Shown here: piece after piece, positions 50,187-63,691 of the stretch | How positions within the stretch are numbered: position 1 is the stretch's first letter | Layout: each line of letters begins with the position of its first letter | Assembly (NCBI RefSeq): GCF_036588685.1 | Contig: NC_086379.1 | Span: forward strand, 71,486,001-71,550,000 | Direction: 5' to 3' | DNA length: 64,000 nucleotides | Source of the DNA: Mytilus trossulus | Taxonomy: Eukaryota | Program-made: the position numbers and the translations under genes | Notes under the pieces: generated by a model | Told to the model about the DNA's origin: nothing | Database searches by the model: none | The model's input: the letters and a program-made list of their open reading frames with translations, nothing else

Positions 50187-53100
50187 ATAGTGCAATTAAC
50201 TATTTCTGGGTTGTAAAACATTCTTTTGATGTTTTAGATAAATAACGTTCTTGTGATGGTCCTTTTGATTCTGTTGACATTTTTGATTTGTCTACTCTTT
50301 ACACTACACTTCCACACTATTTTATCAAACAAAAGTTTTCTTATCTAATTAAATGTTCGTTTGGTAAATCTGAATGCAAATATATTAGCTGCAACTCATT
50401 TAAAGCCTTCTTCTCTCATGAGACAGGTAAGTATGCTAGATATACTTACTGGAGGTGTGATGAGATGATTAATGCTGTTAGTTTTCTATTAAATAATATT
50501 TATGTACGTTTCGGAAACAAAGTTTATCGAGGTTGCAGGTATCACTATAGGCCTTAATTGTGCCCCTTTAATAACAGACTTGTTTTTATACTGTTATGAA
50601 TCTGTTATGGCTAAACTCAGGAAAGACCCGTCGAAATTACATTTAATTTATAAATTCAACAACACTTACCGTTATCTTGAAGATATGTTTTCGTTAAATA
50701 ATCAATAATTGTCTCAATATACTGCTTAAATTTACCCCAAGGAACTAACTTTAAATTAATCAAATTTAACCAATAATAAGTGTCCCGTCTTAGATTTCGA
50801 TATTTCGGTTTTAAATTGGAAACTCCACACTAAAGTTTACGACAAAAGGGACGATTTTTCGTTCCTGATTGTTAATTTTCCATTTTTAGATGGTTATGTC
50901 CCTTTGGCATCATCTAACGGTTTTAAATTTCACAGCTCGTTAGCTATGCCCGTGTCTGTGGGACGTTGTTAATTTTACACACGTAATCTATGTATCACTG
51001 TAAGTTTATAGGCCAGGGATCTCGTTACCAGAGATTACTTAAAACCTTTACTAATTTTTTCCATAGATATAAAGATTTGGTTTTGAAGTTTGGTTGTACC
51101 TGTATCAAACTTATTTCAAATGGGATAGCACATCCTCATTTTTACGGAAATGTTGTTCACCTTCCCAAAAAATTTAGAACTGATCCTGGTAAGCTTATTG
51201 CTCCTTTCAATAAACTTATTCTAAAATGTTACCAGTTCAACACTGTTAAAAATATCATTGAATATTGTTTTTATTGGTATTAATGTTGATTTTGTAATCA
51301 GTAAAATAAAAGGCAACTAAATATTTCTAGCAAAAATACACATACACATTAATGGATCTACAATCTGTCGATACCTGTATCTTGGCATTGCACATGTTTT
51401 TCTCTGACTGTTTATGACGTCTTTACACTAAATACATTAGATGTTGGATGTGTACGGATTGATAATTTAGTCTTAGATGCATGATTTTTTATTACTTTTT
51501 AGTAGCTTTGAACTAGCTGTCAGTACACTACGAGTACTCTCAGATCTGTAGCTATTGTCTTTTTGTTGTTTTGTTGTACCCGGCCACGTCCACTCGTTTT
51601 TTTGTCCATGTGATGATTTTTATAGTTCGTTCTTATGTTGTACAGTTATACCACTGTCCCAGGTTAGGGAAGGGTTGGAATCCCGCTAACATGGTTAACT
51701 CTACCATGGTATGTATGTATATGCCTGTCCCAAGTCAGGAACCTGTAATTCAGTTGTTGTAGTTTGTTTATATGTTTCCTTTATGTTTGTTTTTTTGTTT
51801 CTTTTCTTTACTTGAATAAGGCCGTTAGTTTTCTCGTTTGAATTGTTTTACATTGTCATATCGAGGCTTTTTATAGCTGACTATATGTTATGGGGTTGCT
51901 CATTGTTGAAGGCCGGACAGTGACCTATAGTTGTTAATTTGTGTGTGATGTTGGGCTCTTGTGGAGAGTTGTCTCATTAGCAATCAAACCACAACTTCTT
52001 TTTTCATATATAATTTAACAAATATTGTGGAATGTTACCTTTAAAACTGTAGTTCTTAAATGAGAAGTGAATCCGAATTCATTAATACCAAGCAACGACA
52101 GTGTTGAAATTCAAGTAACTACAATGTGAAGCAGGTAATTTGACAAAAGTGACGACAATAAAAAGCAGGTAAAAAACTATGTGAATTAAGTTTTTTTATC
52201 CTACATTGAACTTTTGATGTCGTCCCTTACAATGAAATTATTTGGCAGAAATGACTTACTTTGGAAACAGGTGATTTGAGATAAGTGGCATAAATGTAAA
52301 TCAGGTGATTTGACACAAGTAAAGCAGTTGACGATAATGTAAAGCAGTTGACGATAATGTAAAGCAGTTGACTTAAAATTGACAACAGTAACGACTATGA
52401 AAGGCAAATCATTCGAAACTGCACGAAATAAATGTCATGAGAATTCTACTGAAAAATTCCAGAACCTTTTTGATAAAAAAAAATAAGAAAGATAGCAGGG
52501 GGCTTTCAAGATTCACAAGACAAAACGATAAAGGCAACAGCATGTTAAAATACGAAATCAACGAAAAGACAAACAAGTCCATAAAATACTACATACACAA
52601 CAAAAGATTGAACAATACGAACCAAACCAACAACTTTTGATGATCTCAGTTGCTCCTGAAGGGTATGTTGCAGGATCTGCTTACCTTTCCGGAGCACCTG
52701 AGATCACCCCTAGTTCTTGGTGGGGTTCGTGTTGTTTATTCTTTAGTTTTCTTTGTTGTGTCATCTGTACTATTGTTTGTCTGTTTGTCTTCTTCATTTC
52801 AGCTATGGCGTTGTCAGTTTATTTTCGACTTTTTAAGTTTGTGTTCCTCTGGTATCTTTCGTCCCTCTTTTATTATTGAGACGATATCATAATTCAACTT
52901 TTTCAGGTGTCTCATTGTAGCGTACTCCCACCCATTGTGTGTGAGGAATCTACAGTTGTATCCAGTGCTAGATAAAAAAAAATATTAAAATGTTTGATTC
53001 ACCACCGTCAATCACCCAACAAGAAACCAGTCGACTGAATGATAAGAATAGTACGATGATGAATCTCACTGTAGACTGATACCTAGTGAGCTATCTCAAT

Positions 53101-53851
53101 AAAATTCGGCGTGATCTAGTATGAAATAGGGATTATATGAGGCTTGTGTTGCCTATGAAAGAGGAATACTTTAGTAACACATTTTGAATTGTATACAATT
53201 GCCCTATTTTTTTGTGTTGGCAATCAGAACTATGATATGTCTTTTGGTCGTTTTCATTTTTTCCATGGCATTGTCAGTTTGTTTACCACTTGTGAGTTTG
53301 ATTATCACTTTAGTAGCTTGCACCTCTCTTTTATTTCAGAAACTTTCAAATAGATATAGGACGATGTGGTGTAAGTGTCAATGAGACGACTCTCCATCCA
53401 AAAAACAATTTTTAAAAAGTAAACCATTATAGGTCAATGTACGGACTTCAACACGGAGCATTGGCTCACACCGAACAACAAGCTATAAAGGGCTCCAACT
53501 TTTAACTGCCTACTTTTGGTATAGCCGGCTAGCTGCTTAAAGGAAAAGTGGGCTACCCCAGTAAAATATAGGGATTTCTGCACAATAGCAAAAAAGAGAA
53601 AATAAATCGTGAACGATTTTGAAATCCCACATTTGTTTTTTATTCTTCTCTGTTATACGCTAAGCAACATCAATCTTTGTAACAGTATAGATATTGCAGT
53701 ACCATGCAAGTTCATATATATATATATATATATACATATTAAAAATTAAATACACAAAAAGAGTTTTAAAAGCAGCATTGTCTAATTTTTAATATATAAT
53801 TCTGTACATCGCTTGAAAAGAAACTTTTTTTGTATATATACATATATATAT

Positions 53852-53992
53852 AACTCGTCTAAACATCAACCCAACAATGTTAGATCTGTAAATTTGCTTT
53901 CGCAAATTTTTGGTTCTTCCCTCGCCGGGATTCGAACCCATGCTACTGTGATATTGTGACACCAAATCGCCTGCACTGCAGCCGTCCCGCTA
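53852..53992 (-). mobile_element. tRNA-derived SINE, 5'-truncated, embedded in (TA)n
   Basis: B-box GGTTCGAATCCC on the minus strand, followed by a non-tRNA body, flanked by TA repeats. Confidence 0.65.
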
Positions 53993-55563
53993 TATATATT
54001 TAGTAGGAGCCGAAAGATCACGAACAAAGTATCATAAGATCAATTAAAAATGGCATTGTCATTTGATGTTTTATTGTTAACGATGAAGCTTATAGACAAT
54101 CTTTTAAAGATGCTTGACGATTGAAAGAGCGAAATATTTAAATGATGTTTTTACTATTTTGGAATCATTTGTGATCTGAAGATGTTTTAAATTATTGCTT
54201 GAACATGACTGACACAATCTTTGTTTCTTCATTCAAAGTAAAGAAATTGTGGCACATATTGAAATATTGTTTATATGAAGTATATAATGCCATTGGTGAT
54301 GAATTGAATAGTCCTCTTTCTGAGTCAAACAGATTTTGTTTTAATCCAATACTGGCTATTTTAGGTACATCGATCAAACCTTGTCACCAAAATAAAACTT
54401 TATATTACCCTTACTGACAAAATACAGTTACTTGAATAGTATTCAAAGAAAGACAACAACAAAATGGATAGCAATAAAGAGGTAGGGACAATTGGTCGGC
54501 AATTTGTTTCATTCGATAAGATAGGTAAATCATGTTTTAAATAGCCAGATAGATGCTATTTATAGTACATAAAAATACGTCACATCATTTATTTTCATAC
54601 CTTGAACAGGTATTCCTTCAAAAACAAGGCCATGACTATTGATTTTTTAATATTGATTTTATTTTATTATTAACATCCTTTATGCAAGGTGCCATACCAT
54701 GTAACTTCTCAAGGAGCCAAATAATCGAACTAATTCAAATCGTGATTTTCTCATTCTGAATATGTATATCTGTTACACAGTATTTGTCCTGGTCTTGTGA
54801 TGTTTTATCGTCTATAAGATTAGACAAGAAAATACATGTACATGTATATATTTTAACCGGAGAACAGTTGGTCATAGATCACCCTGTGTTACTACTTCAT
54901 GTTGTATTGCCTTTTCTGTAATTTTAACAAATCGGCCCTTCGTTGTGATACAGATGCAATAGCTTCTTGATGTTTTACCTACAATCACGATTTGAAGTGT
55001 AATTGATTTGTTCTGTTATGTTGTTTTATTGTTCTGATGAGTTATGTACCCGTGTATAGACGATGGAAAAAATTTCAGTACTAGTATCTTTACAGTTTGT
55101 GATTTGGCGACAAAATTGTTGTTGACTGCATTTGTTACATATAATACCATGTTCAAAAAAGGTTTCGACGAAATGTGTTTTGTTGTTATGAAAATTGTAT
55201 ACAATGGCCTTGTTTTAAGTTATGTGTATATTACACCCGCAACATGTAGGCTTAATTTATATAGAAATAATTCTCGTTTTATTGGTTATGTACAGGCACC
55301 TACATCAGTTTGACGGCAGTTGTCCCTTGGATATATGTAATAACGTAAACACATGAATAAAAAGTAATTCAAGAGTATGGACAGTCATAGGATTGCACAC
55401 AATAAGCGATACATTGTTTTTTCTTTGATACACGTAAAATTATTTACTAGTACACTAAATGAATAGTCAAAATGAACCAAAATGACTCTATGAATCAAGC
55501 AAACAACCGAAAAAATATGATAGAAACTTTAAAATTTAATATAACAACACAAAAAAATGCAAA

Positions 55564-55639
55564 AGTTCTGAGGGAGGTTCGAACCCTTTCTTCAAAACCG
55601 TCATTTATTAGTAGTACTGTGCTCTACTGGTGGAGTTAC
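55564..55639 (-). repeat. Degenerate tRNA-like SINE head
   Basis: A-box-like TAACTCCACCAGTAGAGCA and B-box GGTTCGAACC at tRNA-like spacing. No valid cloverleaf. Confidence 0.4.
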
Positions 55640-57096
55640 GGCGAATCTTATCATTATGACTCTTATTTAGAAGCTATATATATTGGTACAATTTATCGAT
55701 GTTACAATTTTTTCTTTAAAAAGTTGTTTTTTTATGTAATAAGGACACACTAAACCAATTTCATTTTTGAAGTAAAAAGTAGTATGAATAACAACAGTCA
55801 TAAAAAGCATAACTTTTCTTTGGTTTGAAATGTCCTTCTTGGGGGATTCCATGTTTTTTCCACATAAAAACACCCGAAAATCCGGATATTGGACTTTCAT
55901 CCTTTTTTAGGGTTAAATTAACTATTGATCACACATACCATACTATATGTAAATCGAGATATTGATCAAAAAGCATTTTTATTTTTGGTTTTTATAGGAA
56001 ATTTTACTCTGTTGGCACTTTTTGAAATTGGCCCTTCTGTGAAAAAAATCCTCGGCATATTTGTCCTACCCCTTTCTTAAGGTCATATCAATATTATTAT
56101 TTGTTGTCTATTATCTTTTCAGTATAGGGGCGTTTTTCAATAAAAACGTAATTTCTTGTCCCAGTCACTTTAAAAAAAATTGTGTTTGATCTTTGCAGGT
56201 AATTTTTTGTGCAGTCATTACATCGAATTAGATTTAAAATTTTTAAGCAAAATAAAAACAGTTTATTTTTAGAGGGATTGACTCTTGAATGGTCCAAAAC
56301 AACCAAAATGGCATGTCCCTAGACCGCCTGTTCAACATTCATACTCTAAAATATTGTAAAAAAATGAAGAAATAAATGTTTTTTTTACTTTACATAAGTT
56401 CTTTAATAATTCAAAAGTATGTTCAGAGCCAACATTTTTTAATAAACAGCTTTCAATATAGGTTTTTTAATTTCAGAAGGTTTGTCCCTCGCAAAATGTC
56501 CACTACGAAACGAAGTCATTAAAATTTGCCAATAAACAGTTTTATAAAAGTCAATATCCTTTTTGTTTGCAAGAGATATAAACTTTAGGGTCTTACAAAA
56601 GAAGTGATGCTTTTATAACGGCAATTAAATTGTTGATAAGAAAATTGAGCACATTAAATGGCCTAGAGTGATACCGTATTTTTGATAATGTCCACTACGA
56701 AACGGGTCAAATCTCCTTCAGTATCTGGTTTTAAAATTATGAAAAAAATATCAGTGTACAGCTTGATAAATGCTTTGATGAATACAATCAGTCTTGTTAC
56801 TATTGCAATATAGGGATTGTGGGGAAAAAATAAAACATGCAAATACGGCCCTTACGAAACGGTCCCCTACGAAACAAGTATGGGAGAAAAACGTTTCGTA
56901 GTGGACACTACCACTACCATGCAGTCTTTTTTTAATATTTTTTTAATTATATTCGTGCAAAACAAATAACAAGGATTAGTTTCATGTAATTTTTATTATG
57001 TTTTTATTTACATATGATAGGGTTGATGTCAACTACGAAACTTTTTGTCCACTACGAAACGGTTTTGTCCACTACGAAACGCATCAAAATGTCCAA

Positions 57097-59300
57097 TAGA
57101 GGTTTCCAGATTTGCTACGTATCAGATACGGTTGGTACGTAACACAACCGTTGGTGCTGTTTGGGAGGTTTCATTTAATGCATGAGATTATTGTATGTAT
57201 CATGATAAAAATAGAGAAACAAAATTGCATATCAGTGCTAAAAACCGTTATCTTTTATTTTATTACGATTTCACTGCTTCAAGAAAACCTTGCACGTGAT
57301 ATTATACGATAAAATTTATTTTGTGCACAAGAGAATGAATCAAACAGTCCTTACTGGAACTGAGTTGCCTCGACCTTTATATTCTAAATATAGATTTGCG
57401 TTTCTGTATGGCTATATTTCTGTTTTTTGTATATCAAGAAAAGGATTAGAATAAAGAATGTTTTCTAATACTTGAATATAAATTGGAATAATTAGAAATT
57501 ACTTATTAATACTTGTACCTTACTGGTGTCGTTAATGACTACATAGACGGATCCAGGGGAAGGGGGGCTTGGGGACCCCCCCCCCTTTTCGTTGCAAACA
57601 TTTGGTTGATTATATAGTGAATCACTGAAGCATGGATGGAGCGCCCTCCCCCCCCCCCCCTTTATGAAAAGTTCTGGATGCGTCACTGAACTAGTACACG
57701 TGCTAATGGCAAAAATGAGTTCAAAATTGTATTGATTTCTCATTAAATAAATTTTTATTAATTAAGCTATATTTTCGATCATTTGAGCAACATTTTTCAT
57801 CGTGTTAGCTTATTATTGTTATGTCACTAGATATTGTTATTACATTAATATTTGTAAATATTGTCGCGAGTAAAATTGCACATGCCTGCGAGTAGTATAA
57901 TATAATCTACGAGGGGTAATATTAAACCAATATCCATCCATTAATCCTTTTGTCGTACAGCATTGCCAGAAAAACTTCATACAACACAGCGTATTTTGTC
58001 CACTGATAACGGCAATGATTTGACGCTATATTTACACTTAGTCTAATGCAATATGAATATGTCTTCCAGTCTATCTCTTCGTAATGTTCTACGGAAAATA
58101 CTGTGTTGATATATAATGTCTTTTGCACCATTTACAACTGATTTAGATTAAAAATTAAGGATCATTTTCATCGGTTGGTAAATGTTTCTTTGTAATTTGG
58201 TTCAGGTTTATATGTACTAGTATCATGAAAACGATATTACTTAAAATAGTTTAACTCCAGTTTTTCTGAGTTTTCTCTCTCGGCTTACTGCGAAAAAGAT
58301 ATTAAAAAAGGGCATGTTTCTAAAATTTATAGAACATATTGATTTTATGAGGGTTTTTTTATAAAGAAAAACTTTAAGCCCGACGGTAAAGATAATTGTC
58401 CAAAAAGGGAGGATGCTAAGTAAATACGATATCAGCCATATCTCTATGCATAATTGTTCAAATTGAAGATGTAAACGACCTTGTATTTTTTATAACTTCA
58501 TTCCGGATGTCTGATTTTTTTTTTTATCTTTATTCAATTCTTCAACATATATATACAACAGATATATTACATATTACACAAAATTATCACAAGGTAATGT
58601 TATTAAGTAAAATGACATTCATAATCAATACAGTAATCAGAAATCACGCGTTTTGACACCTTCGGTTTCTTGTAACATGTAACAGCTAGAGTATTAATTT
58701 TAAAAAGTATGTCTGATCATGTCTCCCTGGACTTTTTTTTATTTTGATTCTATATTTATTGACAGGTATATAGACCTCTCCCGCACTGACTGATTGCAGA
58801 TTTGGTTTAATATTAATTTTGCCATTTTTCTTTTGTTATTAAGGTCAATTTATTTTGTTCAAATACATATACATTTTATTTTATCATGTTTTCTAAAAAC
58901 TTACCAAAATAATACAAAACTTTAACATTTTATTATGATATATAAAGTTATTACAAACAAAATTTATAAAGTTTTAAATTTGTTTTGTAATTTAGCTTCT
59001 TTGTATCTATGTAGTTTCACGGGGAAATAACTCTTAACTATAAACCTTTCGTACCGACGGTTACTTGCAACGGTTGCTTGAAAGCATAATCGAGTGCACA
59101 CACTATTGTTTCCTGCGAATACAAGAAGAAACCACATGAAATTAGTCCCAAACTACAGCTAAAAATTCTCTAAACAGTTATGCATATGATTCCTAAAACA
59201 TTTGTTGATATAAAGTGTATACATCAATAATTTTCAAAAGTTAAATGACGGCTCCCACTTCGTTCTACGGTTGGTACGGTAGCAAATCTGGAAACCTCTA
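57097..59300. mobile_element. Nested non-autonomous TIR element
   Basis: Perfect 22-bp TIR TAGAGGTTTCCAGATTTGCTAC. Splits a GTCCA^CTACG motif of the outer element. TSD ambiguous. Confidence 0.75.
57542..57688. mobile_element. Small GC-rich MITE (hAT-like termini)
   Basis: Imperfect inverted ends CATAGACGGATCCAG and CTGGATGCGTCACTG. No clean 8-bp TSD. Confidence 0.45.
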
Positions 59301-59987
59301 CTACGTAACATGAGTTGAACCTTCATATTATGTGAAGTACTGTCTAATCTTTATCAATAAAAATGGTTTTCCAATTCAGAAAAAAATGATATTTTTCTAG
59401 TTTTTAAAGTAAAAAAACTGGAATGTCTATAGGAAACATTTAATATTGCAAAAAATATATGTGTTTAGAAGAAGTTTCGTAGGGGACAAAAGTCCCCTAC
59501 GAAACAGTACACAAATTATGAAAATAATATCATTTGTTTAAAGAATATTTAAGATTGCAATTTTTGTTTACAAACAGGTCTATTATAGAGGTATTCAAAA
59601 TAACTCTTGAAATTAAATTTTAGACAAGTTGATTTTCCATTTTTTTTAGGTCTGAAAAGTACGCTTTTAGTGAAAAACACCCATAGATGGTGTAATATAA
59701 TTATGAATACAGTAATGATTTAATTTTGAGATTTTGTAACTCATACAAGAACTGAAAATTATAACATATCAAGGTAACTACTCCTTTATTCAATTGTAGG
59801 ACTATCATCTAAAATAGATGTGTGCATTTAGTATTGAAGAAACCAAGACCATATCTTGTTTATGAGGAACAAGGTGAGTTTATTCTATATAATGTCTTCC
59901 GACAATGACGTTGCTGTTTCATTATGTTTAAATACCTTTATGGAAAAATACTTAAAATCTTGAGATATCCATTGAAAAATGGACATA

Positions 59988-60545
59988 TCTTAGATGCAAG
60001 ATTTTTTTATTACTTGTTAGTGGCTTTGAACTAGCTGTCAGATAACTGCGAGTACTCTCAGATCTATTCATTGTGTCTTTTTGTGTCGGGATGTATAAGT
60101 ACCCGGCCACGTTCACTTGTATTTTTGTCCATCTGATGAGTTAAGCCTTTTTCAACTGATTTTTATAGTTCGTTCTTATGTTGTACTGTTATACCACTGT
60201 CCCAGGTTAGGGGGAAGGTTGGGATCCCGCTTACATGTTTAACCCCGCCACAATTTATGTATGTGCCAGTACCAAGTCAGGAGCCTGTAAATTTGGTGGT
60301 TGTCGTTTGTTTATGTGTTACATATTTGTTTTCCGTTCATTTTTTTACGTAAATAAGGCCGTTAGTTTTCTCGTTTTAATTGTTATACATTGTCTGATCG
60401 GGGCCTTTTATAGCTGACTATGCGGTATGGGCTTTGCTCATTGTTGAAGGCCGTACAGTGACCTATAGTTGTTAATGTTTGTGTCATTTTGGTCTTTTGT
60501 GGATAGTTGTCTCATTGGCAATCATACCACATCTTCTTTTTTATA
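59988..60545 (+). repeat. Penelope-like 3' region, same family as 51470-52010
   Basis: Shared blocks TTTGAACTAGCTGTCAG, CCCGGCCACG, TTGAAGGCCG.ACAGTGACCTATAG, CCACATCTT. Confidence 0.75.
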
Positions 60546-60589
60546 ATATCTAGGGTTAAAGCAAGTTAACATTCTGGGAAGTTTAAAGA

Positions 60590-61230
60590 AATCTGTTAGA
60601 CTATTTCCTTTCAACATTTGTATAAACTTCAAGATTATAAAAAACCGGTTTTTTTCTAAAGTGAACATTGATTGGTTAAATATTTCTCAGTGTGTTTGAA
60701 TTTGTCTGATAGCCTTTTGGTCATGACTGTTTGTCTCTAATATTTAATTAACTGTGCATTTGTATTCAGATATCGCAGATCAAATTTATTCGTTCTTTGT
60801 GTAATCATACGTTTTTTGATTGAGTTAAGTCTGCTAATTGATATTTTATCGTATGTTTTTATATGTTGTGATGTTATGCTATTGTTTCAGAAAAAGGGAG
60901 AAGGTTTGGGCCTATTAAAACGTTTAATCCCGCTGCAAATGTTTGCACCTGTCCTAAGTCAGGAATCTGATGTACAGTAGTTGTCGTTTGTTTATGTAAT
61001 ATTTACGTGTTTCTCGTTTCTCGTTTTGTTTATATAGATTAGACCGTTGGTTTTCCCGTTTGAATGGTTTTACACTAGTAATTTTGGGGCCCTTTATAGC
61101 TTGTTGTTCGGTGTGAGCCAAGGCTCCGTGTTGAAGGCCGTACTTTAACCTATAATGGTTTAATTTTTAAATTGTTATTTGGATGGAGAGTTGTCTCATT
61201 GGCACTCACACCACATCTTCCTATATCTAT
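60590..61230 (+). repeat. Related Penelope-like 3' region subfamily (inverted partial copy at ~53350-53490)
   Basis: Ends GTTGAAGGCCGTAC...GAGAGTTGTCTCATTGGCACTCACACCACATC, like the adjacent repeat. Confidence 0.6.
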
Positions 61231-61924
61231 TTCCATATGGTTAAGCACACGAAATTATATTCTTATTCTAGTCCCGACAGCATGCCCACACGCTTGTCAA
61301 ACATTCTCCGACCGTTCTTGGTGCAACCTGGTCAATTTATAAATACTACGATAGTATTCCTGCTAATTTTGTATCAAAGTGTAATTTCCTGCATTTTTGT
61401 TTCAATAAGTAATATTTATTGGACAAGTCGATAGTGTAATTAACGGTCTGGAGACCTTAAAGACAAAAATAGTACAAATGAAGAGAAAAGCGAAAAATAC
61501 CGGATAACATTCGTTAGGCAAAAACAAAATTACAGACGAACTACGAAGTTTAAAAGGTTGATGTACTGTGCTAGACATTACACCCTCAAAGATATGGCAT
61601 GAGGGAATTTTCTAATACAACTAAATTAGATACATCAGTATACCTCTGTTACAGTTTATATCAAGTGTTATCAATAATTACTAGTTCGGTATTTGTTTAA
61701 ACACATAGGTTCATTTAGATAAGTAAGCCGTTAGTATCGTAAATATTTTAGTAGCAGTGTCGTTTCTAGGTACATGGGATTAATAGTATACCTTCAAATC
61801 GCTTTCAAGATAACGAACCTGTATACATCTATTACTTGCAATTTGCCTTGCTTGTTATTGTTTTTACAAATATTTCAATTTCGAGTAAGTAAGGAATTTA
61901 CAAAAACTTTACCATAATATATTA

Positions 61925-62290
61925 GTTTCTTTTGATAGTTTAGTTTGATAGTTTATTAGAGAAAACTCAGCCGCAGAAGACTGCGTAACAGGAGCATATG
62001 TATATACACAATATTAATTACAACATAGTTCATAATACAAACAGAATACATTTTTAAATTATACATCTTCAAAAATAAGTTTGTGTTTATTACAGTTTTA
62101 AATTAGACAAGCATCTTTTCTACCTTTTGAATAAAAATTGACAGCTTAGACAGCACATTACTATTACTATATTTAAGCATGCCAAGTACTTTTTTTTCAT
62201 TTGGATATTTTGAATAATATGGAGGTATGAACTTCCCCCTTAAATCCTTAACTTCACAGTTGGTACATTTACATACACTACCTGACAACT
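61925..62290 (-). mobile_element. 3' fragment of a LINE related to the 36.9-41.2 kb element
   Basis: C..KDLRGKFIPPYYSKYP...LSKLSIFI* aligns by eye with C.SYRDLRRQFIKPYYYRRP...LRNLCKFL. Followed by AATAAA and a short (AAACTATC)-like tail. Confidence 0.65.
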
Positions 62291-63542
62291 ACAAACATTT
62301 ATCGAAACGATCGTTCGACAACTAAAAGGCGGTTCAGTTTATATCCTATTTCTGAATAAGGGCATATAAAGCATATGGCAGGTGTTTCTTGGCTGAATAC
62401 ACAACAGGGAACATGTAAACGAGCTTTACTGAGCATACTGCTGTGTCTTTCACTTTCAATCTACATTGGCTAGAGGTAAAGGGGATGTTTGAGATCTCAC
62501 AAAACATGTTTAATCCCGGCGCATTTTCTCCCGTCCCACATCAGGAGCTTCCGGCCTTTGTTACAGTAGTCTTGTATGTTTTCTAAATTTTAGTTCATTT
62601 ATATGTTTTGGAGTTTAGTATGACGTCCATTTTCACTCAACTAGCACACATTTGTGTTAAGGGACCAGCAGAAGCCCGCCTCGGGGTGCGGGATATTTTC
62701 GATGTGTTGAAGACCCATATGTAGCCCTCTTCTGTTGTCTGCTCTTTGGTCGAATTGTTTTCTCTTTGATACATTCCCCTTTTTCATCCTCAATTTTGTG
62801 TTTCCATTAGAATATTTGGGCAATTTGTATTTACTTCACTTTTCTTATCATTCTTATATAATCATTTATGATTTTAAACTACATTTACATGGCATCTTAT
62901 TTTGGTCCTCTTTATCGACCATATTTAACATTAGTACTTCACTTCCCTTGAAGTACTTGACTCCTGGTTTTTTTTTTCTCTCTCTGTTATGCTTGTATCG
63001 ACTATATATCGCTTTTCTCTATACTGTTATTTATTATAACCATATAGCTATAACTTGTAATTGGCATTGCATAGGGGACCTTTATGAAAACGTGCCTATG
63101 AATAAATATCTGCAAGGCTGTATTTTGACATTCTTTTTTAATAAACATAAATAAATAAATAAATAATTATTAAAAAAAAAAAAAAAAAAACAAAAACAAA
63201 GGGTCATATGTGAAGTTGAAGTATCATATTCGGCCCTTTTTAGAATTTATACATAGAAGGTAATTTCAAAATCATCTGTTTTTAGCAATATATACATTAA
63301 TACTAGGCATATCTCATTGCACCAACTCTCCAAAATATTTGTGTAAAATGTAAGTTATAACGCAAAAGACAAAAGATTAAGATTTTTCTATTTGGGTTAT
63401 GAAATTTATGGATACAGTTAAACATATACCATTGAAGTTAATACTTGAGTTCCTTTTTTTTTCTTTTTCTGAGGAATACACATCAATATTTTGAACACGA
63501 CTTTGACGTTTCATTCATTTTCATTCTTTAATTAAGAAGTAC

Positions 63543-63691
63543 TTCATGGAAGCCATAACTTTTTGCAAATTTACCCATGGTCTGGGCCGTGATATTGGAA
63601 TTTTTATCCTGAGTCTTAGCGAAGGATAAGATTAACGAATATCACGGCCCAGGCCATATGTAAATTTCCAATAATATATGGCTTCAATGAA
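63543..63691. repeat. Imperfect ~150-bp hairpin, probably part of a similar palindromic element
   Basis: TGGTCTGGGCCGTGATATT vs AATATCACGGCCCAGGCCA, and outer TTCATGGAAGCCATA vs TATGGCTTCAATGAA. Confidence 0.6.

Larger units (their letters stand above)
43313..52010 (+). mobile_element. Decayed Penelope-like element (RT plus 3' region), split by the LINE/DIRS nest
   Basis: Left part gives DK..NVVVVCRKYF and YW*PTLHK..FRFISASSKYS. Removing the insert restores YCNKIYEHSAINYFWVVKHS. Right part gives FDLSTLYTTLPH, GLNCAPLITDLFLYCYE, YRYLEDMF, YDKRDDFSF. Frameshifts and stops throughout; no C-terminal GIY-YIG seen. Confidence 0.85.
56128..59682. mobile_element. Non-autonomous TIR DNA transposon with 4-bp TSD (Sola2-like by termini)
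   Basis: Imperfect TIR GGGCGTTTTTCAATAAAAACGTA vs GGGTGTTTTTCACTAAAAGCGTA, TSD ATAG (56124-56127, 59683-59686), and about ten subterminal TGTCC(A/C)CTACGAAAC-type motifs in both orientations. Confidence 0.75.

Noticed and set aside
53915-53992. Functional tRNA gene
   Set aside because: Only a B-box/T-arm is convincing. There is no full cloverleaf and it continues into a SINE body.
52100-56100. Several 60-93 aa ORFs as host exons
   Set aside because: No recognisable domains or consistent splice pattern. Many overlap repeat fragments.
60128-60165. CTGATGA-GTT...AAC-TGAT as a hammerhead, C/D box or SECIS element
   Set aside because: It lacks the GAAA and stem III of a hammerhead, the helix is too short for a SECIS, and the motif is deleted in the paralogous copy near 51610.
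62800-63195. Poly(A)-terminated segment as another retrocopy
   Set aside because: An (ATAA)n plus poly(A) tail is present, but I could not identify a coding remnant, a 5' boundary or a TSD.
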